A stretch of 35,616 nucleotides of DNA, taken from the NCBI GenBank assembly GCA_964365615.1, contig CAYIQM010000002.1:1-35616 (forward strand). Direction: 5' to 3'. The position numbers and the translations under genes are program-made. Origin of the DNA: an uncultured Gammaproteobacteria bacterium (GTDB lineage Bacteria; Patescibacteriota; Patescibacteriia; 2-12-FULL-60-25). This document shows, in pieces, positions 1-7,290 of the stretch. The notes under the pieces were generated by a model. That model was not told where the DNA came from and searched no databases. It was given only the letters and a program-made list of their open reading frames with translations. Each line of letters starts with the position of its first letter. The stretch's first letter is position 1.

Positions 1-137
1 CGGAAAGGGCTCTCGAGTGTATGACTTTTTGAGAGGTCCGGAATTCGGATCGGAGGTCCACTGCGCATTTGTGCAAAGCGTCCTCCTTTTGTCACATCCT
101 CACATGGTTCGCGAGATTGCGAACGATAGAGAATGTG

Positions 138-211
138 CTGCTTAAGAAGACGAATAAACTCCGAAGATAAAATTATCATGTGAGCTTCGTCTGCTTGAGC
201 AGTATTTTATT
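138..211 (+). terminator. Candidate intrinsic terminator for a + strand gene ending at or left of the window edge
   Basis: ctgcttaagaagacg (138-152) pairs 13/15 with cgtctgcttgagcag (188-202) and is followed by tattttatt (203-211). Confidence 0.3.
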
Positions 212-285
212 GTCAAAGTCCGTCACTCTCTATCACACGCCCGTTTATTCCGTGGTAGTAGCGACTGTCCCGCTCACCATCTTGC

Positions 286-418
286 GATGATGAGAGGACG
301 CACTCGTTACTACGAGACCTCTGCAGATCTCGAGGATGATGCCGTTTGTTTGCCGTTCCACTCTTGCGAGTGGTTTTGGTATTCCTCCCATCATCTCCCT
401 GACGTTATCCGGTCAGGG
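286..418 (-). ncRNA. Candidate structured RNA element, unclassified
   Basis: Nested helices: 397-403/412-418 (7 bp), 286-298/383-395 (13 bp), 358-363/368-373 (6 bp; the loop reads GCAA on the minus strand), 313-319/326-332 (7 bp). The single mismatch in each of two helices is A-C on the + strand but G-U on the - strand. Confidence 0.3.
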
Positions 419-512
419 CAAAGCAGATTGCGACTGGTTACCTTAGGACAGGACTCTCTCCTGCTCATTTCCTAAAGTCATCAGTATCGCGAGTTTGAAG
501 GTGCGTTTGTCG

Positions 513-573
513 CAAAAAGCGGCAAAGATCGAAAGTTCTGTCTTTTCTGAGAGAACTCCCGGTCTTTGCCGCT
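513..573 (-). terminator. Intrinsic terminator on the minus strand
   Basis: Perfect 11-bp stem (563-573 pairs with 518-528), nested 6-bp stem (552-557 with 534-539), then a run of 5 U on the minus strand (517-513). Confidence 0.6.
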
Positions 574-688
574 TGAAATATGCGATGCGTATTCGTTGTC
601 GATGCCAGCTCTCTCCTTCTGGGATCGACCAATTGTTCGTGTAAAGTTCGTGTGAGATGTTCCGGTATTTCCGGTTTCTCATCTTCAC
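513..688 (-). ncRNA. Candidate ~175-nt sRNA or cis-regulatory leader, unclassified
   Basis: Bounded by the consensus promoter at 695-723 and the terminator at 513-573. Contains a hairpin at 598-629 whose loop reads AAGGAGAGAG on the minus strand. Overlaps ORF 443..694, which has no recognisable family. Confidence 0.35.
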
Positions 689-694
689 AAACAC

Positions 695-723
695 ACTATA
701 GCATACTTTACAGATTTTGTCAA
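695..723 (-). promoter_or_regulatory. Sigma70-type promoter (minus strand)
   Basis: On the minus strand: TTGACA (723-718), 17-nt spacer, TATAGT (700-695), with TGc immediately upstream (extended -10). Confidence 0.65.
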
Positions 724-752
724 GAGCTAACAGTCATATTTAAGCTATTTTG

Positions 753-805
753 GCTATATATAGCTAAAATACTTATCCACAATTTGCCATTGACAAGGTG
801 GCAAA
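753..805. promoter_or_regulatory. Divergent-promoter control region: 12-bp palindrome, perfect DnaA-box 9-mer, 7-bp inverted repeat bracketing a TTGACA
   Basis: gctatatatagc (753-764); ttatccaca (773-781); tttgcca (783-789) and tggcaaa (799-805) flank ttgaca (790-795) upstream of the TrmB-like gene. Confidence 0.4.
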
Positions 806-827
806 ATGAAGATACTGTGCTGATAGT

Positions 828-1634
828 ATGATCCACGAATTGCACTTCCCTATCCTCCAAGAACTTGGACTCTCCGAAAACGAGGCGCTCATCTATGAGC
901 TTCTTTTGGAATTTGGGACCGCAAAACCGCGCGAACTTACGGGCCGATCCGGCATTGGACGCGGGAACGTGTACAATCTTCTTCTTCAACTGAAGCAACA
1001 GGGGTTGGTTCTTGAAATCAAAGGAAAAACCGACAGCTACCAAGCCGTTGATCCGACAAAACTGCGCGCGCTGCTCGACGTGCGTCTTCGCGAATCGGAA
1101 CGGCTCAAATCCGCCTTCAAAAACGCGCTCCCGAAATTAGCATCCGCGTTCACGCTCTCAACCGGCAAACCCGCAATTGAGTTGTTTGAGGGAATTGCGG
1201 GAGTGTCTCATGTGCTAGATGACAGCTTAAAAGCGACGGGAGAAATTCTGACGATTGTTGATCCAGATGCTATTTCCAACGAGGTCGCAGCGATTGAGTT
1301 GCGTTATATCAAAAAACGTATTGCACGCAAGTTAACAAAGCGCATCATTCTTCCCGATACGGCGACAGCGCGCGCAACACGTTTTACGGATGATGAATAT
1401 ACGAAGACGCGTATCGTGCCAGGTCTCTACGGTGGGTTTGGTTCAGCCATTGAAATTTACGAAGACCGATTCTCTTTGATCACGCTCGCGGGGGACCGGA
1501 TTATTTCGGCCATTATTCAGAACAAAAGTATTACGGCCTTGCAACGGGCGCAGTTCGAAGCATTGTGGAATGTGGCTTCTGCTCCTACGCCGCCATCTTC
1601 TGCTCCTTCTCCTTCACAGGACTCTCCGCGATAA
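828..1634 (+). CDS. TrmB-family transcriptional regulator
   Basis: N-terminal winged HTH LGLSENEALIYELLLEFGTAKPRELTGRSGIGRGNVYNLLLQLKQQGLV. The 268-aa length fits TrmB-type regulators. Pro/Ser-rich C-terminal tail. Confidence 0.8.
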   Translation: MIHELHFPILQELGLSENEALIYELLLEFGTAKPRELTGRSGIGRGNVYNLLLQLKQQGLVLEIKGKTDSYQAVDPTKLRALLDVRLRESERLKSAFKNALPKLASAFTLSTGKPAIELFEGIAGVSHVLDDSLKATGEILTIVDPDAISNEVAAIELRYIKKRIARKLTKRIILPDTATARATRFTDDEYTKTRIVPGLYGGFGSAIEIYEDRFSLITLAGDRIISAIIQNKSITALQRAQFEALWNVASAPTPPSSAPSPSQDSPR

Positions 1635-4600
1635 GTTCTCGAATTTCCTTCTTGCCTTCTTGCCGTGACCGATATCGCGAGATGACGCGTCCTTCGTTCG
1701 TTTGTGCGCGAACCCATTCCATCATCTGATCTCGTTCCTGGGGTAGATGAAAACTTTTGATCTGCAACGATGTTTCATCTTGTTGATGCTCCGATGATTT
1801 CGCGAAGAGCCGTTCATTCAACGCTTCGTCGCGGCGAATGGTAAACCAATCCGTCGTCGAACCATCCGGTGACGAATCGCGCTCGACGCCCGTGATGACA
1901 AAACCGAATTCTTCGACATAATTTGCGGCGACGCGATCGTCAATCAAAACATGGGCGCGGATATCCCGATTCTTTCCTTCTTCTTTGAGGACTTCATGAA
2001 AAAATGCGCTGCCGATGGCCGACATACGCGCCGCGGGATCAACATTAAAAGAACCCGCATAGCGAACATTGTCACCCATGTCCGGCCGCTCATCAAAACG
2101 GACGAAGGCGATAACTTCATCATTCCGACGGAGGAGGTGAAAACGCGTCGGAGCTTTCTTTTTTGCGAAGCCATCTTCAAGGCCATGGAGAGCCGTTGCG
2201 GATGCCTCGATCCCTTTATCGGCCCAGTTCGAGCGGAGGACATCCTCACAGCGTTCAAATAATCGTTTTCGTTCGAGTGGGCTGATTTTTTGCGGATCAA
2301 GCGATTCGATTCTGACACCGCTCCAATCCCGAAATTCCGTGTGTTTTGATCCCTTGGTCGCTTCTCGAAACACGGAGGAAAATAGGACGACATCACCTCT
2401 ATACCGTCGTAATTGGTCCTGCAATTGCGCGGCGGCATCTGTCAGATTTATTGCTCGTTCGATCTTGAACGCCGCCTGATGAATGATCGAGCGTCCTCGA
2501 TCAATGAGCTGTTCTTTAATCGCGCTCACGTCTATGCGGGGTGAAGCCGCATGCGTAAAAAATGCTTGTTGCAGTTCTTCGGCCGTCTGATCTGTAAGAT
2601 CGATAATTTCCGCGTACACTTCAAACACGCGCGCTGCCGTTTCGTGATCAAACGTTTCTCCGATTTGGAGAATTGCCTCCCCATATTCTTTTCCGTGTTC
2701 ACACGACAAAAATGCTCGCGCGCTGTTGAGTCCGTGCGCGCGAATCGTTCGCGCAACGCGCTCGTATTCGTTCTGCGTCGCTTTTGCCATGAATGACAAG
2801 AGGTGGATCTGTTCGCGCAACATAAGCTGCCGCAGATCAAGTTCGAGATCCTTCTCGATGCGCGAGCGGATCTCCGGTCGATGCAACTCCTTCAATAGGA
2901 GCGCGCTATCAATTGGTTGTTTTGACCCGCGTGGCAAAATTTCTTGATTCCCTTCAAATTGCTCAAAGAGTTGCGCTTCGAGCATGCGAATAGGAAAACG
3001 ATGTCGCAGTTCCTCTTCAAAAACCCGCACCTGCTGAGGAAATTTTTGATCCCGCAATAACTCAACAAGACGATAGTCTTGCACTGGCGTCTTTCGCTCT
3101 GCCATGATACTCAATCGAAGCTTGTCCGCGGCCTCGAAGTTTTCCTGCTGTTCCGCTTGAACCGCGTGGAAATATTCCAAAATATCTCTCACGTCGTCTG
3201 TCATGGTTTCGGGTGCGTACGATCCCATTACCTGCAACGACTGCATCATGCTGAAACGTTGTTCGTCCGTTTCCGCCGCATCATATTCCTGTAACCAGTT
3301 CTTCCATTGTGGAATTCGCTGCGCAAGCGTCGCCAGCGCGGGCCGCTTCGCCTCGATCAAGGATATGATCGTTTGGAATAATCGTTCATTCTCATTGTCC
3401 GCAGATTGCAAGGCCGCCTGGATCCGCAACTGTTCTTGCAGATGCTGCTCTGCATTCCGTTGTTCCGTTGCCAAAATTCTCGTCCATTCCGCTTCTGAAA
3501 TTTCTGGAAAAATTCGCGAGAGATCTCTTTGCACGCTCGTGTTTTGATTTGTGAGAGCCGGAAGTATCTCCGCGATAATGATACGGAGCGCTTCGCGATA
3601 GGATTGAGGCCGCTTGACGGTATTTTGCTCGTTGAGAAGTTGATGTAAACGATTCAATTGATCGTAATCTACAAGAGATGCCGGCTCTGATTCGATGCCT
3701 TCCGGAATACGCGCGAGCGCTTCAGGCGTGTCGCGGTGACGATCAATCGCAGCAACATAATCAGCAGAAATACGCGCGATTGGCTCCTGCGCATCTGACA
3801 TGCGCGACAGCATCACACGTGAACGCCACCAGGCAGATTCTCCTGATTGCTTTGCACGAATGAGCCCATCCTCAAACAATACGTCTTCTTCTTGTAACTC
3901 GCCGCCTGCCTGAACATATTCGCGATTGAGTCGGAGCACCGTAGCTTCTGTCGCATAGCGTTCAATGGGGTTCAACGAGCGCTGTTCTAATTTTTTGGCG
4001 AGCGCATGACGCAAGCGCGGAATCACATTAGATGCGTACCCCTCATATGCCGAAGCCCGTCCGATGTGCTCCATATAATGGAGTACGTCTAGCTGCGTTT
4101 CGAGCGGATATGCCTTCAGAACATTGTCGAGCCAGGTGTATTCGCCTCGAGAAAATTCCAATTTATATACCATCTCGCCTTCAAGATTGGACCCCATTGA
4201 CTCTCGCGCCTCGGGCACCCCAAACATGCGCGATGCAATCACAAAGGACTGGTCAAATTCTACGGCGTTAAAAAGATTCGGAGAAACGGAAAATGCCCGG
4301 TGATACCATTTTGTAGCATACTGTCGGATTTTCCATGGTTCAACGTTTCGTCTACGCAATTCCACAAATTGCTCGATAAGCCCATCAAAAAACAATTCGG
4401 CGTTTCGTTGATGCTCTTTTGTATAGTACCCATCCTGATTCGTTTCCGCATCCTCAAAAAAATTACTCCACCGTTCACGGATATCCATAATATCAAGATC
4501 ATCACCGACCAACCCGTGATAGGAAACGTCGCCGGTTTTTTCAAATCTGGCATACACGTCTTTCAACATCATCCGGATTTTCCTTACCGTCAGTTGCTCA

Positions 4601-4665
4601 CGATGCTCAACGCGTGATTCAACCAACGAAGGCGCGCGAAATCCTCGTTCGTCAGAAATAGCCAT
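1585..4665 (-). CDS. Large (1026 aa) uncharacterised protein with C-terminal GNAT-like acetyltransferase domain
   Basis: Uninterrupted 1026-codon ORF. About 800 aa of helical, E/R/Q-rich sequence with no motif I recognise. GNAT-like core follows: VIAFVRFDERP...FNVDPAARMSAIGSAFFHEVL...AANYVEEFGFVITGVE. Confidence 0.85.
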   Translation of the reverse strand: MAISDERGFRAPSLVESRVEHREQLTVRKIRMMLKDVYARFEKTGDVSYHGLVGDDLDIMDIRERWSNFFEDAETNQDGYYTKEHQRNAELFFDGLIEQFVELRRRNVEPWKIRQYATKWYHRAFSVSPNLFNAVEFDQSFVIASRMFGVPEARESMGSNLEGEMVYKLEFSRGEYTWLDNVLKAYPLETQLDVLHYMEHIGRASAYEGYASNVIPRLRHALAKKLEQRSLNPIERYATEATVLRLNREYVQAGGELQEEDVLFEDGLIRAKQSGESAWWRSRVMLSRMSDAQEPIARISADYVAAIDRHRDTPEALARIPEGIESEPASLVDYDQLNRLHQLLNEQNTVKRPQSYREALRIIIAEILPALTNQNTSVQRDLSRIFPEISEAEWTRILATEQRNAEQHLQEQLRIQAALQSADNENERLFQTIISLIEAKRPALATLAQRIPQWKNWLQEYDAAETDEQRFSMMQSLQVMGSYAPETMTDDVRDILEYFHAVQAEQQENFEAADKLRLSIMAERKTPVQDYRLVELLRDQKFPQQVRVFEEELRHRFPIRMLEAQLFEQFEGNQEILPRGSKQPIDSALLLKELHRPEIRSRIEKDLELDLRQLMLREQIHLLSFMAKATQNEYERVARTIRAHGLNSARAFLSCEHGKEYGEAILQIGETFDHETAARVFEVYAEIIDLTDQTAEELQQAFFTHAASPRIDVSAIKEQLIDRGRSIIHQAAFKIERAINLTDAAAQLQDQLRRYRGDVVLFSSVFREATKGSKHTEFRDWSGVRIESLDPQKISPLERKRLFERCEDVLRSNWADKGIEASATALHGLEDGFAKKKAPTRFHLLRRNDEVIAFVRFDERPDMGDNVRYAGSFNVDPAARMSAIGSAFFHEVLKEEGKNRDIRAHVLIDDRVAANYVEEFGFVITGVERDSSPDGSTTDWFTIRRDEALNERLFAKSSEHQQDETSLQIKSFHLPQERDQMMEWVRAQTNEGRVISRYRSRQEGKKEIRELIAESPVKEKEQKMAA

Positions 4666-4709
4666 ACTCCAAGCGTATCATAGCAAATGAGACGCAGACA
4701 AAGCGCATC

Positions 4710-4738
4710 TTGACGTGTTTCGTCGGATCGTCTATCAT
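4710..4738 (+). promoter_or_regulatory. Sigma70-type promoter for the NYN/MntA/HepT gene string
   Basis: TTGACG (4710-4715), 17-nt spacer, TATCAT (4733-4738). Confidence 0.55.
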
Positions 4739-4773
4739 AAGATCATATTTTTGATACTTCATCTTTCATTTCT

Positions 4774-5400
4774 ATGCTCAAAGTTTCACAGCGCGTCGCG
4801 GTTTTGATTGATACGCAAAACATGTACCACTCGGCCAAACACCTCTTTGGCGCAAAATTGGCGTTCGGAAAAGTCGTCGAAGCTGTTGCGGGCGAACGAT
4901 CTATCCTTCGCGCCATCGCCTATGTCGCGAAATCGAAGACCGGTGAAGAAGCCGCTTTTTTCGATGCGCTCAAGGAGATGGGCATCGAACTCAAGATCAA
5001 AGATGTGCAAGAATTTTCGAGCGGCGCAAAAAAAGCGGACTGGGATGTCGGCATGGCCATTGATGCGGTGAAACTCGGCGAAAAAGTGGATGTCATCATT
5101 CTCATGACGGGCGACGGCGATTTTGTGCCGCTCGTTGAGTATCTTCACGGCAAGGGCGTGATCGTCGAAGTCGCGGCGTTCGCCGAATCCACGAATGCGC
5201 AACTCAAAACGATCGCGGACAGATTTTTCGACATTTCGACGGCCGGGCGCCAATTCCTTATCGGCGCGAAATACGCGCGTCGGCCAGTCGCTCGACCGTT
5301 CGAGGAAACCGAAACATACGGCGTTCCGATGGAACTTGAAGATGTAACGACAGAGCCGTCAGCGACAAAAGGCAAAAAGCGCGTCCGCGTGACGTTTTAG
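4774..5400 (+). CDS. NYN-domain (LabA/DUF88-like, PIN-related) protein
   Basis: VAVLIDTQNMYHSAK..., DWDVGMAIDAV and DVIILMTGDGDFVPLVEYL..GV.VEV match the NYN/LabA acidic-residue pattern. Confidence 0.85.
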   Translation: MLKVSQRVAVLIDTQNMYHSAKHLFGAKLAFGKVVEAVAGERSILRAIAYVAKSKTGEEAAFFDALKEMGIELKIKDVQEFSSGAKKADWDVGMAIDAVKLGEKVDVIILMTGDGDFVPLVEYLHGKGVIVEVAAFAESTNAQLKTIADRFFDISTAGRQFLIGAKYARRPVARPFEETETYGVPMELEDVTTEPSATKGKKRVRVTF

Positions 5401-5429
5401 AACAGTGGCCTCGTCTAGGGCTTTCAGCT

Positions 5430-5846
5430 ATGCTTGTGGACATGAACTTGAACCTGCCTCCGAACACCATGAAAGACCTCGGCGTTGCCGGAGTGTATTT
5501 GTTTGGCTCGCACGCACAAGGCACAGCTTCTCCGGCGAGCGATGTGGATATTGGAATCATTCTTTCTGATCCTCGCGTCCTCGCAGATACTCTAAGTAAA
5601 AATCGGATTTATAATGAGATCTATGACATTATTGCGCCACAACTCGGAAAACCAATGAACATAGATATCGTCTTTCTTCAACTCGCTGACAACCAGCTCT
5701 GTTTTCATGTCGTGCGCGACGGCAAGCTTCTCTATTTCGACAATGCGAAAGAGGTTTCAGACTTCGTCTCTCGAACCATCGACGCCTATCTCGATTTTGC
5801 GCCGCACCGCGCGGAATTTCACCGTGCGATTCTTGCCCGCGTATGA
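5430..5846 (+). CDS. mntA: MntA-like minimal nucleotidyltransferase (antitoxin partner of HEPN toxin)
   Basis: Pol-beta NTase motif LFGSHAQGTASPASDVDIGII. 4-nt ATGA overlap with the downstream HEPN gene. Confidence 0.8.
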   Translation: MLVDMNLNLPPNTMKDLGVAGVYLFGSHAQGTASPASDVDIGIILSDPRVLADTLSKNRIYNEIYDIIAPQLGKPMNIDIVFLQLADNQLCFHVVRDGKLLYFDNAKEVSDFVSRTIDAYLDFAPHRAEFHRAILARV

Positions 5847-6307
5847 CCGCATTGCCTCTTGATCGTGATACCGTGCTTCGTCGAATGAACGGCATCCAAG
5901 AAGATATCCGGGAACTTGAGACGTTAAGCCACGAGTCCTATGAAACATTCTGTGATGGCGTGGGATTCAAACTCGCGCAGTTTCACTTGCATCGCGCGCT
6001 CGAAGGCGTTTTCCACATCGCAAGCCATCTACTCTCGCGTATTCCCGGAGGTCAAGTCACGGAATACAAAGCGATGGCGAGAAAACTCGGTGAGCTTAAA
6101 ATTGTTGATCGGGCATTCGCGGATGAGTCCCTCGTCAATATGGCCGGATATCGGAATCGACTCGTCCATTTTTATGCCGAAATCACCCCAATGGAAATGC
6201 ATAAGCTGCTTCGCCATGAGCTCCATGACATAGAAACGTTCCTTGCAGCCGTCAAACGTGTTCTCGAACGACCCGAGGACTTCGGAATTTCCGCCTCTTC
6301 TCTTTGA
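5843..6307 (+). CDS. hepT: HepT-like HEPN (DUF86) RNase toxin
   Basis: R-x4-H HEPN motif in GYRNRLVHFYAEI. Translationally coupled to the NTase gene. Confidence 0.8.
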   Translation: MTALPLDRDTVLRRMNGIQEDIRELETLSHESYETFCDGVGFKLAQFHLHRALEGVFHIASHLLSRIPGGQVTEYKAMARKLGELKIVDRAFADESLVNMAGYRNRLVHFYAEITPMEMHKLLRHELHDIETFLAAVKRVLERPEDFGISASSL

Positions 6308-6350
6308 CATCCATATCAATATCCGTGCTCATCCTGCAAGAAAAATACGT

Positions 6351-6731
6351 ATGAAAGAAGAACCTCCAAAAAATCGGGGGCCAGTGCCGGATGGATACGA
6401 CTCCTGGAAAAACTATGACAGATGGCAGGACATGGAGGAGAGAGTTAAAACAACGGATCGGATGCAGCGTGAGGAATTCCAATTTATACAAGATGTTCTC
6501 GATGCTTTATCAAATTCTAAAAGCTACGAAGAATTTCGGACGCTGACTAAAAAATACGAGGATGCTGCGATGCCAACTATTAAAGAGACGGTTGGTTTTA
6601 AGGTTCGGGAAATTACATTCCCAGAAGGGACATTTCGTGTGATTGTTACCATCCTTCCAAGACGAGGAACCGAGCATGCGAGTGATCCGTATCAATACAA
6701 TATTTTCGTGCGTCAAGTGAAAGAAATATAA
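6351..6731 (+). CDS. Hypothetical protein (126 aa)
   Basis: ORF 6243..6731 trimmed to the ATG at 6351, because the upstream part overlaps hepT. No recognisable motif. Confidence 0.5.
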   Translation: MKEEPPKNRGPVPDGYDSWKNYDRWQDMEERVKTTDRMQREEFQFIQDVLDALSNSKSYEEFRTLTKKYEDAAMPTIKETVGFKVREITFPEGTFRVIVTILPRRGTEHASDPYQYNIFVRQVKEI

Positions 6732-6795
6732 GCTAGACAAGCCGGGTGTACAGAATTTTCCGTCCGAACAGCTTCGAATCTGAGGCCTCACGAAC

Positions 6796-6819
6796 ATCCG
6801 ACCTATCAACAGGTCGGAT
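6796..6819 (+). terminator. Candidate stem-loop terminator
   Basis: atccgacc (6796-6803) pairs with ggtcggat (6812-6819), followed by attagttt. The T tract is weak. Confidence 0.3.
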
Positions 6820-6843
6820 ATTAGTTTAAGATGGCCTTCAACT

Positions 6844-7038
6844 ATGGACGGCACGATCCGCAAAGATATTTATCCTGGTTTGTTCGTTGTCATTGTTGAG
6901 AAACGGGACCAAGGCACCGGAAAATCCACCCGAGGCATCGTGAAAGACATTCTCACAAGCGCGCCAATACATCCGCGTGGGATCAAGGTCAGACTCGAAT
7001 CTGAGGCAGTGGGCCGAGTCCAATATATTGAGCCGTGA
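6844..7038 (+). CDS. ywbE: YwbE-family small protein (DUF2196)
   Basis: IKPGL-type start and TGK.TRGIVKDILTS.P.HPRGIKVRL....GRVQ closely resemble the YwbE family signature as I remember it. Confidence 0.8.
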   Translation: MDGTIRKDIYPGLFVVIVEKRDQGTGKSTRGIVKDILTSAPIHPRGIKVRLESEAVGRVQYIEP

Positions 7039-7077
7039 CATTGTACGGCCATTCTCGCAAAAAACAATTCTCACACA

Positions 7078-7106
7078 TTGACACAGGAATGGTATTGAGA
7101 TATAAA
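7078..7106 (+). promoter_or_regulatory. Sigma70-type promoter of pnp
   Basis: TTGACA (7078-7083), 17-nt spacer, TATAAA (7101-7106). Implies a 5' UTR of roughly 175 nt. Confidence 0.65.
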
Positions 7107-7185
7107 ATCCTTACTAAATTTTCATCTCCCTCGTCCAGAGACATCGATCCCACACGGGATTTCGTCTCCGGGTGAGGAATCTTAC

Positions 7186-7280
7186 TAGACCGTAGATAGT
7201 AGATGATAGACCGTAGACGGTAGCTCAAACGGAAAATCCTTCCAATCAGGCTACAGTCTGTCGTCTACAGTCTACCGTCT
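7186..7280 (+). repeat. Repeat-rich pnp leader
   Basis: tagaccgtaga at 7186-7196 and 7207-7217. ctacagtct at 7251-7259 and 7265-7273. agacggtag (7215-7223) is the reverse complement of ctaccgtct (7272-7280). Confidence 0.6.
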
Positions 7281-7290
7281 CCCCCAATAT

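Noticed and set aside
1-179. Minus-strand ORF starting at the ATG at 177-179 and running off the left edge (MIILSSEFIRLLKQH...).
   Set aside because: Only 59 codons are visible, with no motif, and it overlaps a + strand terminator-like hairpin (138-211). Not enough evidence to call it.
150-300. Fragments reminiscent of RNase P RNA (aaagtccg at 216-223; gacagtcgc on the minus strand near 260-268), 5S rRNA (aaactccgaag at 157-167, ggtagtag at 254-261) and SRP RNA (ggtcagg at 411-417).
   Set aside because: Spacing and the remaining universally conserved blocks (GAGGAAAGUCC, ACAGAAnnnGGCUUA, CCGAAC, the GGAA-capped helix 8) are absent. These are isolated short matches only.
441-490. Hammerhead-ribozyme-like CUGAUGA (minus strand, 484-478) followed by an 8-bp stem II candidate (477-470 with 448-441).
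   Set aside because: After stem II the sequence reads UAA instead of the obligatory GAA of the catalytic core, and no stem I/III or cleavage-site context was found. CUGAUGA is expected about 4 times by chance in this window.
443-694. 83-aa minus-strand ORF (MFVKMRNRKYRN...), briefly considered as a RelE/ParE/Gp49-like toxin because of ...RIRIAYF...LSIFAAFCDKRT.
   Set aside because: The similarity is vague. There is no partner gene and no SD, and a strong intrinsic terminator (513-573) lies in the middle of the frame. I treat the locus as an RNA candidate, but a database search could overturn this.
7213-7223. Exact 11-mer gtagacggtag shared by the pnp leader (7213-7223) and the rpmH upstream region (19935-19945), and exact 14-mer tattcgtacattcg shared by 30125-30138 and 35494-35507. 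Considered as a dispersed regulatory motif.
   Set aside because: Rough expectation for 35.6 kb is about 150 chance 11-mer pairs and about 2 chance 14-mer pairs per orientation, so the matches are not significant on their own. Only a genome-wide intergenic enrichment test could rescue the idea.
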